The notes under the pieces were generated by a model. It had not been told where the DNA came from, made no database searches, and was given only the letters and a program-made list of their open reading frames with translations. Both the position numbers and the translations under genes were made by a program. 64,000 nt of DNA from Botryllus schlosseri (Eukaryota). The stretch spans positions 15,934,001 through 15,998,000 of the forward strand of contig CM119379.1 of NCBI GenBank assembly GCA_051294905.1, given 5' to 3'. Every line of letters starts with the position of its first letter. Position 1 is the first letter of the stretch. Of the stretch, positions 51,052-63,295 are shown in pieces.

Positions 51052-52429
51052 TGTTGATATTGAGGGATTCCAGTAGGGATAGATACTATATTTCCTTCGA
51101 ATTTGATGAGATAGCTGTTGAACAGAAAAACGACATGTCATAAATTACCGTATAATTAATATAATTAATCACTCATTTCGATCCTATTATATATTTAATC
51201 ACTCATTTTGATACTATTATATATTATGAGAACAAACAAAAGTACCGGCTTGAAATATCTATGCGAAGGACAAAGAAATTCGAGAACCCGTCAAGCTTCC
51301 AAATTTTCCCTCAATTCTCTTAACAAGAATTTGTAGCTTTTCAAATTTCAATGCTAAACTCCATTATCAAAAAATGACAGTTCTGACGCTAATATACAGT
51401 TGCAATTCAAAAGTCCGTGATGAATGGATGCTATATCAGTAAATTCGTGAAAAAATCGAAATCCCTCATCTCATTTCAATTCCCAGCTTATTTTCCGGCT
51501 GGCTACGCGCCTGTAAGTATACACATGCTTCACAGAATTAAAGGCGGTCATTTGAATATAAATGAAATCTAAAATGATTCCAGCTCTTCGTCTTTCCATC
51601 TATCTATCGATCCATCTAACTATATCTAGATTTAAAAAAAACATGGCTTGATATCTCTACGCATAAGCAGCCTGTCTAAATACGAGATTGCAACTGGAAC
51701 TAATAGACTGTCACATTTTCGCGCGTAATGCCTGCGATGGACTCGAGTGTATCAAACCAGCTTACACGCACGGCTGAGTCGCACGCCCAGGGAGATTATT
51801 ACATCATAGTGTCCTACTCGCACGGCTCGCTGCGATTGGTGTACGTCAACAATGCTGTCTGTCTAAACGAGACCAATGAGCGGCGAGAGTAGTAGACTGA
51901 GAGTGATCGAAGATGGCGTCGCGGCCATGATCCCGCTGTACTACTTCTGATGGAAGAGGTCCCCTGCATTCAGAGAAATCCGAATGGTGATTGAAAGATG
52001 ATAAACCTAATTCTAACGTAAACGTATACAGTTAAATCTATAATCCCGACAAGGACTAAATAGGCATAAGCATAAGGCTAGGCTTGGTAATAGAGCATTA
52101 TATTGAAAAACTAAGGTTGTTCTGAATGATACCGGATTTTCCGGATAAATATGCGCGCAGATGGGCACAAATGCCTCTACTCCAAGAATCAAATAACTCA
52201 CACTAGTTAACTCTATATACATATACCAAGCGACGCTATGGTGCGCACCAGGCCTGTTGCTGTCGCTGCCTATATCGCCTATACACCAAAGGCCACCACT
52301 GATTACAATGTAATCCCACCTTAATTAAGTTCTGTCGCAGACAGAATTAACGAAGAACCCGAACCAACTCAGCCACCTGCTCGCTCATCCAACGAGTGAA
52401 TTACTTGTCTGCTTTAAGAGTAAATTTAC

Positions 52430-52706
52430 CAGAAACGTCTGGCAATTATCGTTACGAATGAGTCGGTATACTTGTTTACCAATTAAAGAGATGTAAATTT
52501 ACCAATTTTTCTAACAGTATACCAGAAAAGACTGGTAATTATCGTTACGAATGAGTCGGTATACTTGTTTACCAATTAAAGAGATGTAAATTTACCAATT
52601 TTTCTAACAGTATACCAGAAAAGACTGGTAATTATCGTTACGAATGAGTTGGTATACTTGTTTACCAGTGAAAGAGGGGTAAAATTTACCAATTTTTCTA
52701 ACAGTG
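52430..52706. repeat. About 93-bp unit repeated three times at the EnSpm right end
   Basis: aatttttctaacagt recurs at 52504, 52597 and 52691; the units are near-identical. Confidence 0.9.
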
Positions 52707-52835
52707 TAGTAACCAGCACGTCAAATTGAGAGTTAGGTCGCGTAACATTTTCAAATCAAAATGTGGTGTCGCAACCATAAAAAGGCTGGGAATCCCTGTC
52801 GTAAAATGTGCATTTGCGACTGTAAACTTGTAGCC

Positions 52836-52843
52836 TATATAAA
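52836..52843 (+). promoter_or_regulatory. TATA-like box upstream of the P450 gene
   Basis: TATATAAA 130 bp from the EnSpm terminus and about 490 bp before the ATG. Confidence 0.35.
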
Positions 52844-53327
52844 TACAACCCGCTCCTCGCATGTGGTTCGAAATTCTGCAGTGCCACGAATGCGAACACA
52901 TCCGGAGCCACTGCGATAGTGGTGCAGGTGAAGTTATTTTCATACATATGAAGGTTCGTCTGTTTGAAAAGCCGCTGACGATGATCTCATGGCACTTGAA
53001 CCCGGTGAATCATTGATGTCGGGTGATTACGAATTGAATTAGAGGCAGATAATCTACCACGCTTGAGTGACGAAAGTGAGTAGCGATGCGCAGCAGTTTT
53101 GGCTCGCATAGCTGCCTATAAGTCACAGCTGGAAGCTTAAAGATATCACAGGAAGCGTTCAGTGAGTCAGTGAGACGTTTCAATTGTATTGATAAGTCCG
53201 AGGCAGCGTTTGCCGAAATCGACAAATATTCCGTTCATGTTTTGTTTAGCGAGCTTGTCATACCGTCGGAGTAGCAACAACTGCAACATATTTGCAAGTG
53301 TGCAATAGCGATAAGTCTACCTATAAA

Positions 53328-56300
53328 ATGACGGAAGGTCGATCTAATGAAGAAGAAGAAGAAAGCAGAGTGTTAGGTTTCGACAAAATGCCGGGTCCAT
53401 GGGGGCTACCCATTTTGGGATCGTTACTAACACTTGGATCGGCCCATCCTCGAAGGTTCTCGGAGTGGGGATCGAAATACTACGGCAACATTTTTCGATA
53501 CAAGATGGTATATCAAGACTACGTAGTGTTGAACGGGTTAGATAACGTTCTTTACAGTATATATTCGCTCACAGCAATGCACGTTAGCCTTAGAATTTAT
53601 ATTTGAGAAGCTATCACCCAGCATTACATGCGATATAGTCAGTCAGTTCGTCACATCGTGTGCGGATGCTATTGTAGGCCGGTAGACTTTATCTGATGTT
53701 CCGAATCGTTAATTAACGTGGTAGGTTACGGTAAACCTGCGTAAATAGTAAGTTGCTCTTCTGTAGCTGGTGAAATGAAGTTTTCCTTCAACTGACGGAA
53801 ACTGATCATTTATATCGCGGTAATATCGTCATCTGTCGGGCAGGTACTTTGATGTTACTTGTCAATTATTGTTGCTTAAATAGACAATTCGCTGATAATG
53901 AATAATAATAGTGAAATTTGAGAGAAACGAGAGGGTTTTATTGCGTAATACCTGTTCAGATCAAAACTCTTATAAGTCATCGAAAACCTCCGTTTTTCAT
54001 CGACACGTAAATGTGACTTTGACATGCTCCTGCTGTCATCTCGGCCGCAATTAAATAAAATATATCTCATTTCATTTTAGCTACGAAGCGGTGGAAGACG
54101 GATTACTGCTCTGCGGGAACAGTCTGAGCGGCCGAAAACCCTTTCCGGTTGTTGATCATGTCCATAAAGGAAAGAGGATTTTTTTCACGAATTGCGATAG
54201 CACCTGGCGGGAATGGAAGACCTTCGCTATTAGAGCAATGGCTGCGGCCATGCCTGGTGAGACTGTGCTTTATCAAATTTTGCATTTTTGTGACAGAATG
54301 TGCCACTTTCAACTTTCTTGTTAAACATTTCCAAATATATTACATAAACAATGGATAGCTCATTGGATTAGTTGAATATAATGTCAGCCATATTAGGTAG
54401 GGTAGATAGTGCACGTGAAATTCTAAAACGTAACTATAATAGGCTCACTCAGTAGCCTATACTCCATATTCCTTGGGTATCATTGACAAATTTTAAATTC
54501 TATTCTGTGAACCTTGTATGACACCAAATAGATGAAGCACCTTGGACTGTAAAACGATTTTCGACTTCTGACTTGGTAATATATTCGAAATACGTGTTTC
54601 GTGAGCCCTAATCAAATCGATGACATAATTTGGTACGTGACGCCTGCTTTGCACGCCCGAGTGGATTCCCCTAAAATTCGTTCCACACACATGTTTTACT
54701 ATACCTACCGCAAGTGCGTAACAACATAGCGCAAGTTAAATTTATATATTTAGTTCATCGTAGCTGTAACAGTTAGTCCTTTAATATCGGCTAATTCACT
54801 CTTATTAATATCATCACATTGATTCTGCCAGGATGCAATAGTTCATCCATCTCTTTTTTTTAAATCCATACAATAAATAATTCAAATTATCCATCATTTA
54901 TATGTTGTAAAATTTAGTAATATACATCACTGACCCTTGCAGGTATGCCGTTGAAAATTTGCGATGAAGGGGAAAAGTTAATTTCGGATATGTTGGATCT
55001 CGGTTTCGCAACCGGAACAGCTATCGATATCAAAGATTTGATGAAATGTAGAATGGCGCAAATTGGCTTTCGAGTGAGTAAATCTCCGTAACATGCCTAT
55101 TTCATTAGGAAACGGTGGGTAGGACATTGGATATTCGTTGCGTGTCACGGTATGTTTTACGCCTTATTATTTCAAGTTTTTACGGTTCGATAATTCGTAA
55201 AGCTATGTCGCTTTACATCGTGTTGCTGCTCGTGACACAAAAGTCATTGTAGGATTTTATCAAAGCGATTTCCGTGTAGAAGATTGACCTTTTCTTTGTG
55301 AACTTCACAGTCCTTCATCGACAAGGAATTCGAGGAAACAGAAGTCCAAGGAATTATCGATGAAATTTACGGACCATTTCGCTCCAAGCCGTTGTCGGGA
55401 TTCTTATTTTTGATTCCTTCCCTTGCTTACATACCGCCTTTTAATAGGTAAGCTGTGCGGTCGCTGATATCGCCGCATTTCATAGATTTTTGAGCAACTG
55501 TTAATCTTTGCAGATATTTAGATGCAATAAAGCGAAACTATACTTTGGTGCAACGACGATTAGAGAAAGCGATCAAGGAACGTCTGTCGCCTGACGATGA
55601 TTCAACGGATGTAGCCGCTTCGTTTTTTAAAGGTTAATCTTTTATATAATGTGTAGCTTAGTCATTTTATGGTGTTGCATGTTAGTGACACGGTCGGCGA
55701 AGTCGCACAATAGACTGGGAATTCTGCAGTTAAGAAACACGTCATTCCGACGGTAGAAGGGTGATTAGTCACAAGTATTAACTTGAGAGAATGAAAAGAA
55801 TGCATCTCACATGAAATGACACGCACAATGGCGTCGAATGCTTTTTGAAGTTCGATAAAATCGAACCGCTGGGACTGGGTCATTTCCAGAGATTCCGCAA
55901 TGCACATGCCTTGCCTGTACACCAGGGGTGACTGAGTTTTGTCGGGGAAGCGGGTGGCGCAGTTGCTTAAACGCTGCTGTCACGACACGGATGGTTGCTG
56001 GTTCGAGTCTCGGCTTCGCTATGTTTCTATTTGTCGGAGGTTCATCTGGGCTTCTCATCGCCGATCCCGCTGTACTTACAGCGCCTTGAAAAGCCCAGAG
56101 GAAGATAGAGTCGAACTCTAGAAAGATGGCAGCAAATGACCAAGTTCAAAGAGCGAAGCGCTAAAGACATCTGACATTACTGAAATTAATGCACTGGGAG
56201 CAAATGACCTTGTAGGCGATAAGCGCCAATGTTGCGTGAATAAAACAAACCAGAGTTTTGTCAATTATTGGGCGAAATGCGGCGGCATAGCTAGGCAAAG

Positions 56301-59300
56301 GCCAAGGTCACACACCATAAGCGACATATTGACATGTGGACACGTGATTATTTTCCTGTACTAACAAATGGAATCGCAGCTTTAAATCGTATTGAGATCG
56401 TGGTTTTCAAAACTTATCGTACAGATATCCCTAACGCAAGTATACTCTGGTGTTACGGTCAGCTAGCAACATTGTCGTATTTTCAGATCACCCCAATCCC
56501 GATGAAGACGAGATTGAAAGACTAGCATGCCTATTGATCGATTGGATATTCGCCGGAGTTTCGACGACGTCTGAGCAAGCACTTTGGGTGCTGCTTTTCC
56601 TCATGAAACATACCGATCAGATGAAGATAGTGCAGGCTGAACTGAGGAATGCGCTGAAAGATGGTAAAGGTCGGTAGTACGATATTCCATTCGAAGATAG
56701 TAAGTAAGTGGCTATATAATTGTCGAAAACCACGATCTATCGCTATAATTAATGCAAATCGGGATTTTCGAAAATTCATTTCTCTGTTTGGCCAAATTTT
56801 AACAAGCAAGTTTTTTATATTGATGAAAAAGCTTTGCAAAAAAGGAAACAGAATTTTTCCTGATGCTAAACAATCCCACGTTTTAATGATGTCTTACAAT
56901 ATGCTGCTGTCTAAGTGTATTTGCAAATCATCATAATAAATTTTTTTAGATGCGATGATTGCTCATACGGCGCTAGGCAGCTATCGGCGTTACAGAAGTA
57001 GATTGGTTGTCGGCTGATCACTGATATGATGAGTGGTGAATTCGTGAAGAGAGGTGGATATACGGAGTAGAAATATCAATTAAAATTATTTAAATTATTT
57101 ACTTATTGACGCATTTCGCACTGAGTCGCGGGTATTGCCACAATTCATCGTTTTCCTTTCCTTAGGAAACCTACATATATAAATATAAAGACGGCATAGC
57201 TGTGAACCTCTAAAAGGTTCAGGTTCGTGTGAACGCGAACCTTTTTGAAAGGTTCTGCGTGAACGCGAACGTGAACCTCATGACGTCACGTGACGTCATA
57301 TTGCTAATTCCAACCCTACATTTCAGTGAAGTGATAGCCGATATTAATGTGACACACGACCCTAGCGACGACTCGGGCTACATAATTCCGCAATGCTGAA
57401 GTACATATTGTCGTTTTAAATCTCGCCAAATGTATCAACTGGGGAAATCAAATGATATAATATTCCCATAAAATCAATATCTTCCGTGGCTTTGCCAACA
57501 ATTTTGACTTGCAAGGGAATATAAGTTTACGCCTTAACAGTCTAGGCCAGACCGGACAATGTATTCAGCGCCTGAGTATTGCTACGTTGATATTGAGCAG
57601 AGCGTAAAACTGGTTTTTGTAGTTGCTACCGATTACCCCTTTAACAAGTTATAGGCCTAGAGCAGTAGCCAACACCCCAATCGCACGGGCTTGTTTTTTA
57701 TGATATGATAAACATACTAAATCAAGATTGACCCCGTACGCATATGCTAGACATTTTACATCAGACACCGATAACAATTTCATTGATTGGTTGAACATTG
57801 AATCGCTCTTGATGTTGTGTGATTGCTGGTCAAGCTCACAGCAGAGAGTCACTAAATATATTTACAAACGGAAAACTGGATATTCCGAGCAAACTTTTGT
57901 AACAAAGCAAGTAAAACGTTTGAGATTGTCAAGGTGCATGCTCGTCTAGTGTATATTTTTGTATGCTGCCAGCGCCATGCATAGAGTGGCCCGCCGTTGA
58001 AATGCAATAAATTTCAACCAAAGATGTTATAATGAAGCGAAAATTGCAATATATGAAAAAGGTTCACAGTACAGAACGTACCAAGGTTCATTTGTGAACG
58101 TGAACCTCTAAGTTTCCGAGGTTCACAGACAGAACGCGAGCGTGAACCTCACGTTCACACCATCCCTAGCTGTGAACCTACTTCCACTATATTTCATCAC
58201 TTACTCGAGCGGTTGTGATTTTTATACTACTTCCAGTTATACCTGACAGTTTCCATTTCTTGGACAAAACAAGGCCTTGGATACTGATCTTTTTTATGAT
58301 TTTGAGCTTTGATTGTGTTTTCGTATCGAGTCGAAATCTTATTGCCTGAGATCAAATTAAGGCATGCCATCACTTACGGTGTTGCAGTTCTTTGTATGCA
58401 ATCTTTGACTGTGGTGTAAATAACCAACAGGTGATAAGCGCCTAAGTTTTTACGTAGACCTGCTTGGAGAGCGGTATACTTCCACCTAAGTACCAACGAT
58501 TACTGCTTTCACCACGTCTGTTTTTCCTATAGGTTTCAAACAATACGAGTCAACTTTTATATTACTTCAGGAGTCGAACAGCTGTATAAAAACAAAGACC
58601 TGGTGCCGCGTTTCCAAGCCAGCATACACGAAGTCATGCGCCTGCGCCCTATCGCACCAATGGCTTTCTTCCACAAAACTATCGATGAAGCGGTGGTCGG
58701 TGGTTTCAGGATACCGGAGAATGTCGTTATCGTACCGAATGTGTGGAGCGCGCATCACGACCCCGATCTCTGGTCTCCGGATCCGGAATCCTTCAGACCA
58801 GAGAGACATATCTCCGGTGATGGAAAGTTCTTACCGTCGAAATACGTCATACCGTTCAGTTTGGGACCGAGAAAGTGTGTGGGGGAAGAGCTGGCCCGTG
58901 CGAATATTTTTATTATTAATGCATTGCTACTATCCAGGTAAATATGCTTGTTATTTATTACGCTTGGCAGTACCATGACAATTTTGCAATATTCACCTCT
59001 ATCATTTCTAGGGCTGGGCAAAATTGAGTACCGGAGTGATTCGATTCTGAATCACGCATCATGCTTCGAGTCGAGTCGAGCATTCGAGTATAACTAATTA
59101 TGACGTAATACCAGTATGTAAGATGTCCGAGTTGAAATTTGTACCTTTTAAGCGCCCACAATGCCCGTCTCCATCACATTGAATACACTTTGGTATTTTT
59201 TCGACCATACCGATTTCATTGCGCTTTCTGACATGTTGTGGACTGATCATGACTTAAGAAATATGTTATTTCCAGTAACGTTAGTAGCTTTGTAATATGT

Positions 59301-60405
59301 GTTTCGTATGCTGTGATACGGCCAATCAAGGTTCAAGACTTTTACTGTGGAAACTAGTACCGAAACTATAATTATCTTTTACAAATTACATTTCACTGTC
59401 GTGGAGCATGTATTTTCAGTACTCGAAAAAATCGTGTCTTAATACTCGACTCGAATCATTAGAATTAATACTCGATTCAGAATCGAGTACTCGAGTCATT
59501 GTGCCCAGCCCTAATCATTTCCCTTCACCTAATCCCTGGTTTTAAATATGCAACCCGTTGTGCATCCTTGGCGATGATGCTGTATTGAGCTGACAACGGC
59601 TGAATTTGTCATATCCTTGTATTCGGCCAGAGCCTTACCTTATAAATCTTTGATGTAACCTCTACATAAATCATAGACAAAAGTATTACACGTATTTTCA
59701 GACTAATTTAGGAAAGACTTGGCGGACAATTGCAGTCTGTACAATGTACAATGTAAATATAGCTGACTGAGTTCGGTTCGACCGCCAATGCTGCTGTACG
59801 CGATGTTCCCACGTTCCACCGTTAGGTTGGAATGTATTACATCGCTTATTAATGATATTGCCCTACCTCTTCTTCAAAGTGTGAACATGTTAATGAAATA
59901 TCACTCTCCCACCGGGCATATGCCTGGAACGCGATGTTTGGTCTCGGCGACGTGAAGAAATTTTCCACTTTAAATATACTTTTATTTGATAACATGTCCA
60001 AAATCGGATCGGATCTACGCTACTGGCTGCATAGTTGAGGCCAATTTGGCGTGCGGCATTTTTTTGTCAGGCAACCTAACATTGTAATGAATATGGGGCG
60101 ATAATTTTGAAAACAGTTTATTCAACAGTCATATACGAATTCATACGGAAGAATTCGCAACGTCGTAACCAAATTGCAAGTAACTAAAAACACAGTAATG
60201 AGTGACTATAGTTCCAAAATTCAGATCAAACCTACCTATACTGTCTAATGACAACAAACTAAACATGTTAAGATAAATGCAATTTTGTTGCAGATACGAT
60301 TTTCAATTGGCACAAGAAAGCGAAAACGTAGATATGGAAGGGGAACTGGCATCTATTTTACAGACTCCGGATTTCAAGATTCAAATTCATGACAAGCTGG
60401 ATTGA
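53328..60405 (+). CDS. Cytochrome P450, CYP2 clan-like, 8 exons, 475 aa
   Basis: Exons 53328-53536, 54081-54256, 54943-55073, 55311-55447, 55514-55632, 56487-56663, 58571-58937, 60294-60405 total 1428 nt in frame. Motifs: PGPWGLPILG, VVLNGYEAV, AGVSTTS, EVMR (ExxR), PERH, FSLGPRKCVG (heme Cys). Confidence 0.93.
55952..56110 (+). mobile_element. tRNA-derived SINE-like head (family B) in P450 intron 5
   Basis: A box TGGCGCAGTTG (55955) and B box GGTTCGAGTCT (56000), without a complete cloverleaf. Confidence 0.55.
57197..58168 (-). mobile_element. MITE (GTGAAC-motif family, TAGGGATGGTGTGAA terminus) in P450 intron 6
   Basis: Right end TTCACACCATCCCTA. 57670-58168 is the reverse complement of 63296-63823. 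Confidence 0.8.
59009..59513. mobile_element. hAT MITE (ACTCGA motif) in P450 intron 7
   Basis: 12-bp TIR TAGGGCTGGGCA, perfect TSD atcatttc (59001-59008, 59514-59521). Confidence 0.92.
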
Positions 60406-62245
60406 AGCAAATTTAGGCATGTTCGAGCACGGTCCAAATTTTCTGAGAATTATTCAATCCTTGAACTAAATGTACGGCATCCTATGTCGTCTAAATAGTT
60501 TGTATACACGCCTATACCGAGCGTATCTTTACAAGATTGACGATGGGGATATCGAAAGCATCAACAGATCCCAACATAAGTGTAAACAAGTTCAGAAAGA
60601 AAATTTACTCCTTACACGGCTCTTATGGTATTTATGCGTGTATTTTTTCATGAATCTCGCAACCGTTGTGTGCTTATTAGATTTCATGATAACTCGAGAG
60701 AAATGATTATTTCACAAATCCAAGTCCACTGAAGACGAGAATTTCCTCACTTAACCATAGAAGTCGCTACGGAATCGAGCGATATAAAAATATTTTGTTG
60801 CTGATCGCTGATCATATACGTACTCTCTCATGCAGTTACGTATCACGTATATAATATGTTGTGATAGGGCTACAATACGCCCTACCCTGGGAGGATTTGT
60901 CTAGCTTTTTTAAGAAATCGAAAATGTTCTCTGAGGATGCCCAAATGTCCTTTCGGTAATTCGTCCTCCGTCAGGTGATTGTACTGGCCATGAACGACCC
61001 GAAATTTGGATTTCAACGGCAGAGACTGCAAGGATGACTAAAAAATAGGTCAAACGTAACATAAATTACTTCAGAGTGGGTCTTCCGGTAGTCAAGTTGG
61101 AAAAAGGACCTTTTTTGGTCAACACAATAGTATTACTCCAGAAAATTTTAAAACTAACCGTGTTCTCATTGGATATTAAGAATTTTCTTACTTGAAAAAA
61201 AGTGTCCGCTTTTCCGAATCTCAAAATATGGTAACCCTCAGGAAGACTGTAGGATCCTATACCAATGGATTTGAAACAAGTGTATAAGCAGCAATGATAA
61301 GTTAGGGAGAAAAATAGTAAACGCGAGTGAAGGCGGCAGAAACATAAGGGGATGGTCTGAGATGGTATATGAGCAATAACCGCAGGTTGGCGATACAACC
61401 CGACATTATAAGGGCCGCTGCCCGGTGTAATGCGGTGATCGGCTTCATTCATAAAATATTTCGCCACTGTGTAGGACGTGTACCGCGGAGCTCGGGAACG
61501 CTTAATCCTTCGACTCTCCAAGTATAACAAAATATGTGCGTCAATATGTAACGAAATCATCTGGCGAGATGTCTTTTGATCGGTTGTGAGTTCAATGTTG
61601 ACACGTAGATGATGTTCCCTCTAATTCTCTACGAGTCTGCGTGCACTCACCAACTCATTTCCCGGTTCCTTGGACAACAGTGCGTAACGACTAAAAAAAT
61701 GTCATCACTTCGGCTTTTTTTGCGCGCAGATTAGATTTTCTGTGCGCAGAGACCGTGTCAGCACAGCGCAATTGCACACGCGCGCAGCTTAGAGGTAACA
61801 TTGCCTGTAAGCTATATAGGGTTGTTCAGTATTGACCGACTTTCAAAAATTAATGGTTTTCAGTCCCTTTCTCAGATGCCTTAAAACATATTCTAACTAC
61901 TTTTTTCTTCAACTCATCTGTGTGCATGTGCAATTGTGCATGTTGAGCTGGCTGAAAATCGGCGAAATTGGGTGCCGCGATTTCACGTAGCGTACTGAAA
62001 TGCCATATACGTCAGGTTTTAAGCAGCTGTTGGGGTTTGGGGTGATTCAAAACCTCAGGAAAGAACGGTGGTAATTTCGGTGGAACACCATCAGGTCGAG
62101 TCTTCCAGTCCGAATGCGAGAGAGAGAAATATGACATTCTTTTTCGCCTGCACCATCGAGATGCTCCGACGACGGAGTTTCGATACGGCCATGAGGTCAT
62201 CTAGTCTGAACCCCCGCTTTTTTCTCCTCCAAGCTATCAGTGATT

Positions 62246-62362
62246 GCTGAGCGCCTAGCAGGATAGCTGCGGGTACCAATTTTCGAGTCTTTGGTATGAC
62301 CCGACCGGGTCAGACCCACGACCTACCGACCGAGAAGCCGGACGCATAACCATTACACTATC
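62246..62362 (-). mobile_element. tRNA-derived SINE, family A copy 3
   Basis: High similarity to 13166-13260. Confidence 0.75.
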
Positions 62363-63295
62363 TCGCTCGACATAGTGATCCGCCTTTCATGAGTGCTCCG
62401 GAATTCGTGAATAGTGGCCAAGAACTCAACAATACAGCAGCACATGTGATGAAATTAAATACCGACCACGCTATGTACATACTTGACGACAGAAAACACA
62501 AGCTAGTCTCTTACGAGCCGTGAAAGATATCCGGCAAAGACTTCAAAATTTCGAAAAATAAACCCATTCATCTACCTGATTGGTATTGGATTTTTGTAAA
62601 ATTAATCCATATCTTTGCTATGTTGTTTGGTTTCGTCATCCATTTCCCCGTTAAGTTCTTGCGTTTCATTGAATAATAAGATAATCACGATGTCGCTGTG
62701 CAATTGGATGGCGCATTTACAGTTATATTCTTTTACACGGTGAATCGCGCATAATTATGCTAAGTTTTAGGTAAGTGTGAGGATTTCCAAGGCAGTGTGC
62801 AATATGAAAATGGTGTCCTGAACTCAGAAAAATATCTACAGTGAGGTTTTGCATCACTTCAAACCAGAACAGCCGCTTAAACCATGACATATATGGCATT
62901 TTAGTAGGCTAGGTAAAATCTCGGCACTCAAATTTTCGGGGAATCGCCTATTTTCTGCCGATATTCTTCCGCCTCAACATGCACAGTGCACACAGTTGTG
63001 AGCGTTGAGTTACAGAAAAAAGTAGCTAGGATATTTTTGTAAGGGATAAGGAATGGGAAACTGACTGAAAACCATTACTTTTTGAAGGTCGGTCAATTCT
63101 GAACAACCCTAACGTAGGCCTACTTGTTAAAACCTAACAAACGGTCCCTTCGCATCTCAATCGCCAAAGCGCTTCTGTTATGAATACTAAAAACTGAATT
63201 CCTTCTTTTATCTCGACTTTCGCCAATAATTAAGCCACTAATCGGGGTGAATACCCTTTCATCTGAATACCAAAATTCCCGTGCACGAACCTTCA

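Larger units (their letters stand above)
43851..52706 (-). mobile_element. EnSpm/CACTA (CMC superfamily) DNA transposon, 8856 bp
   Basis: 16-bp perfect TIR CACTGTTAGAAAAATT, 2-bp TSD TA, ctggtaaa/tttaccag subterminal repeats at both ends, and two minus-strand genes. Confidence 0.9.

Noticed and set aside
52430-52706. Regular 93-bp array as a possible CRISPR array
   Set aside because: Whole units are near-identical with no unique spacers; it is a transposon end.
55952-56030. Possible tRNA gene
   Set aside because: A and B boxes are present, but no convincing acceptor stem or anticodon arm; treated as a SINE head.
61066-61560. 164-aa minus-strand ORF
   Set aside because: Non-ATG start, no recognisable domain and no supporting splice structure.
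62012-62523. Short coding-like frames around SINE copy 3 (including a 44-aa ATG ORF near 62388-62522)
   Set aside because: No consistent exon chain or homology could be established.
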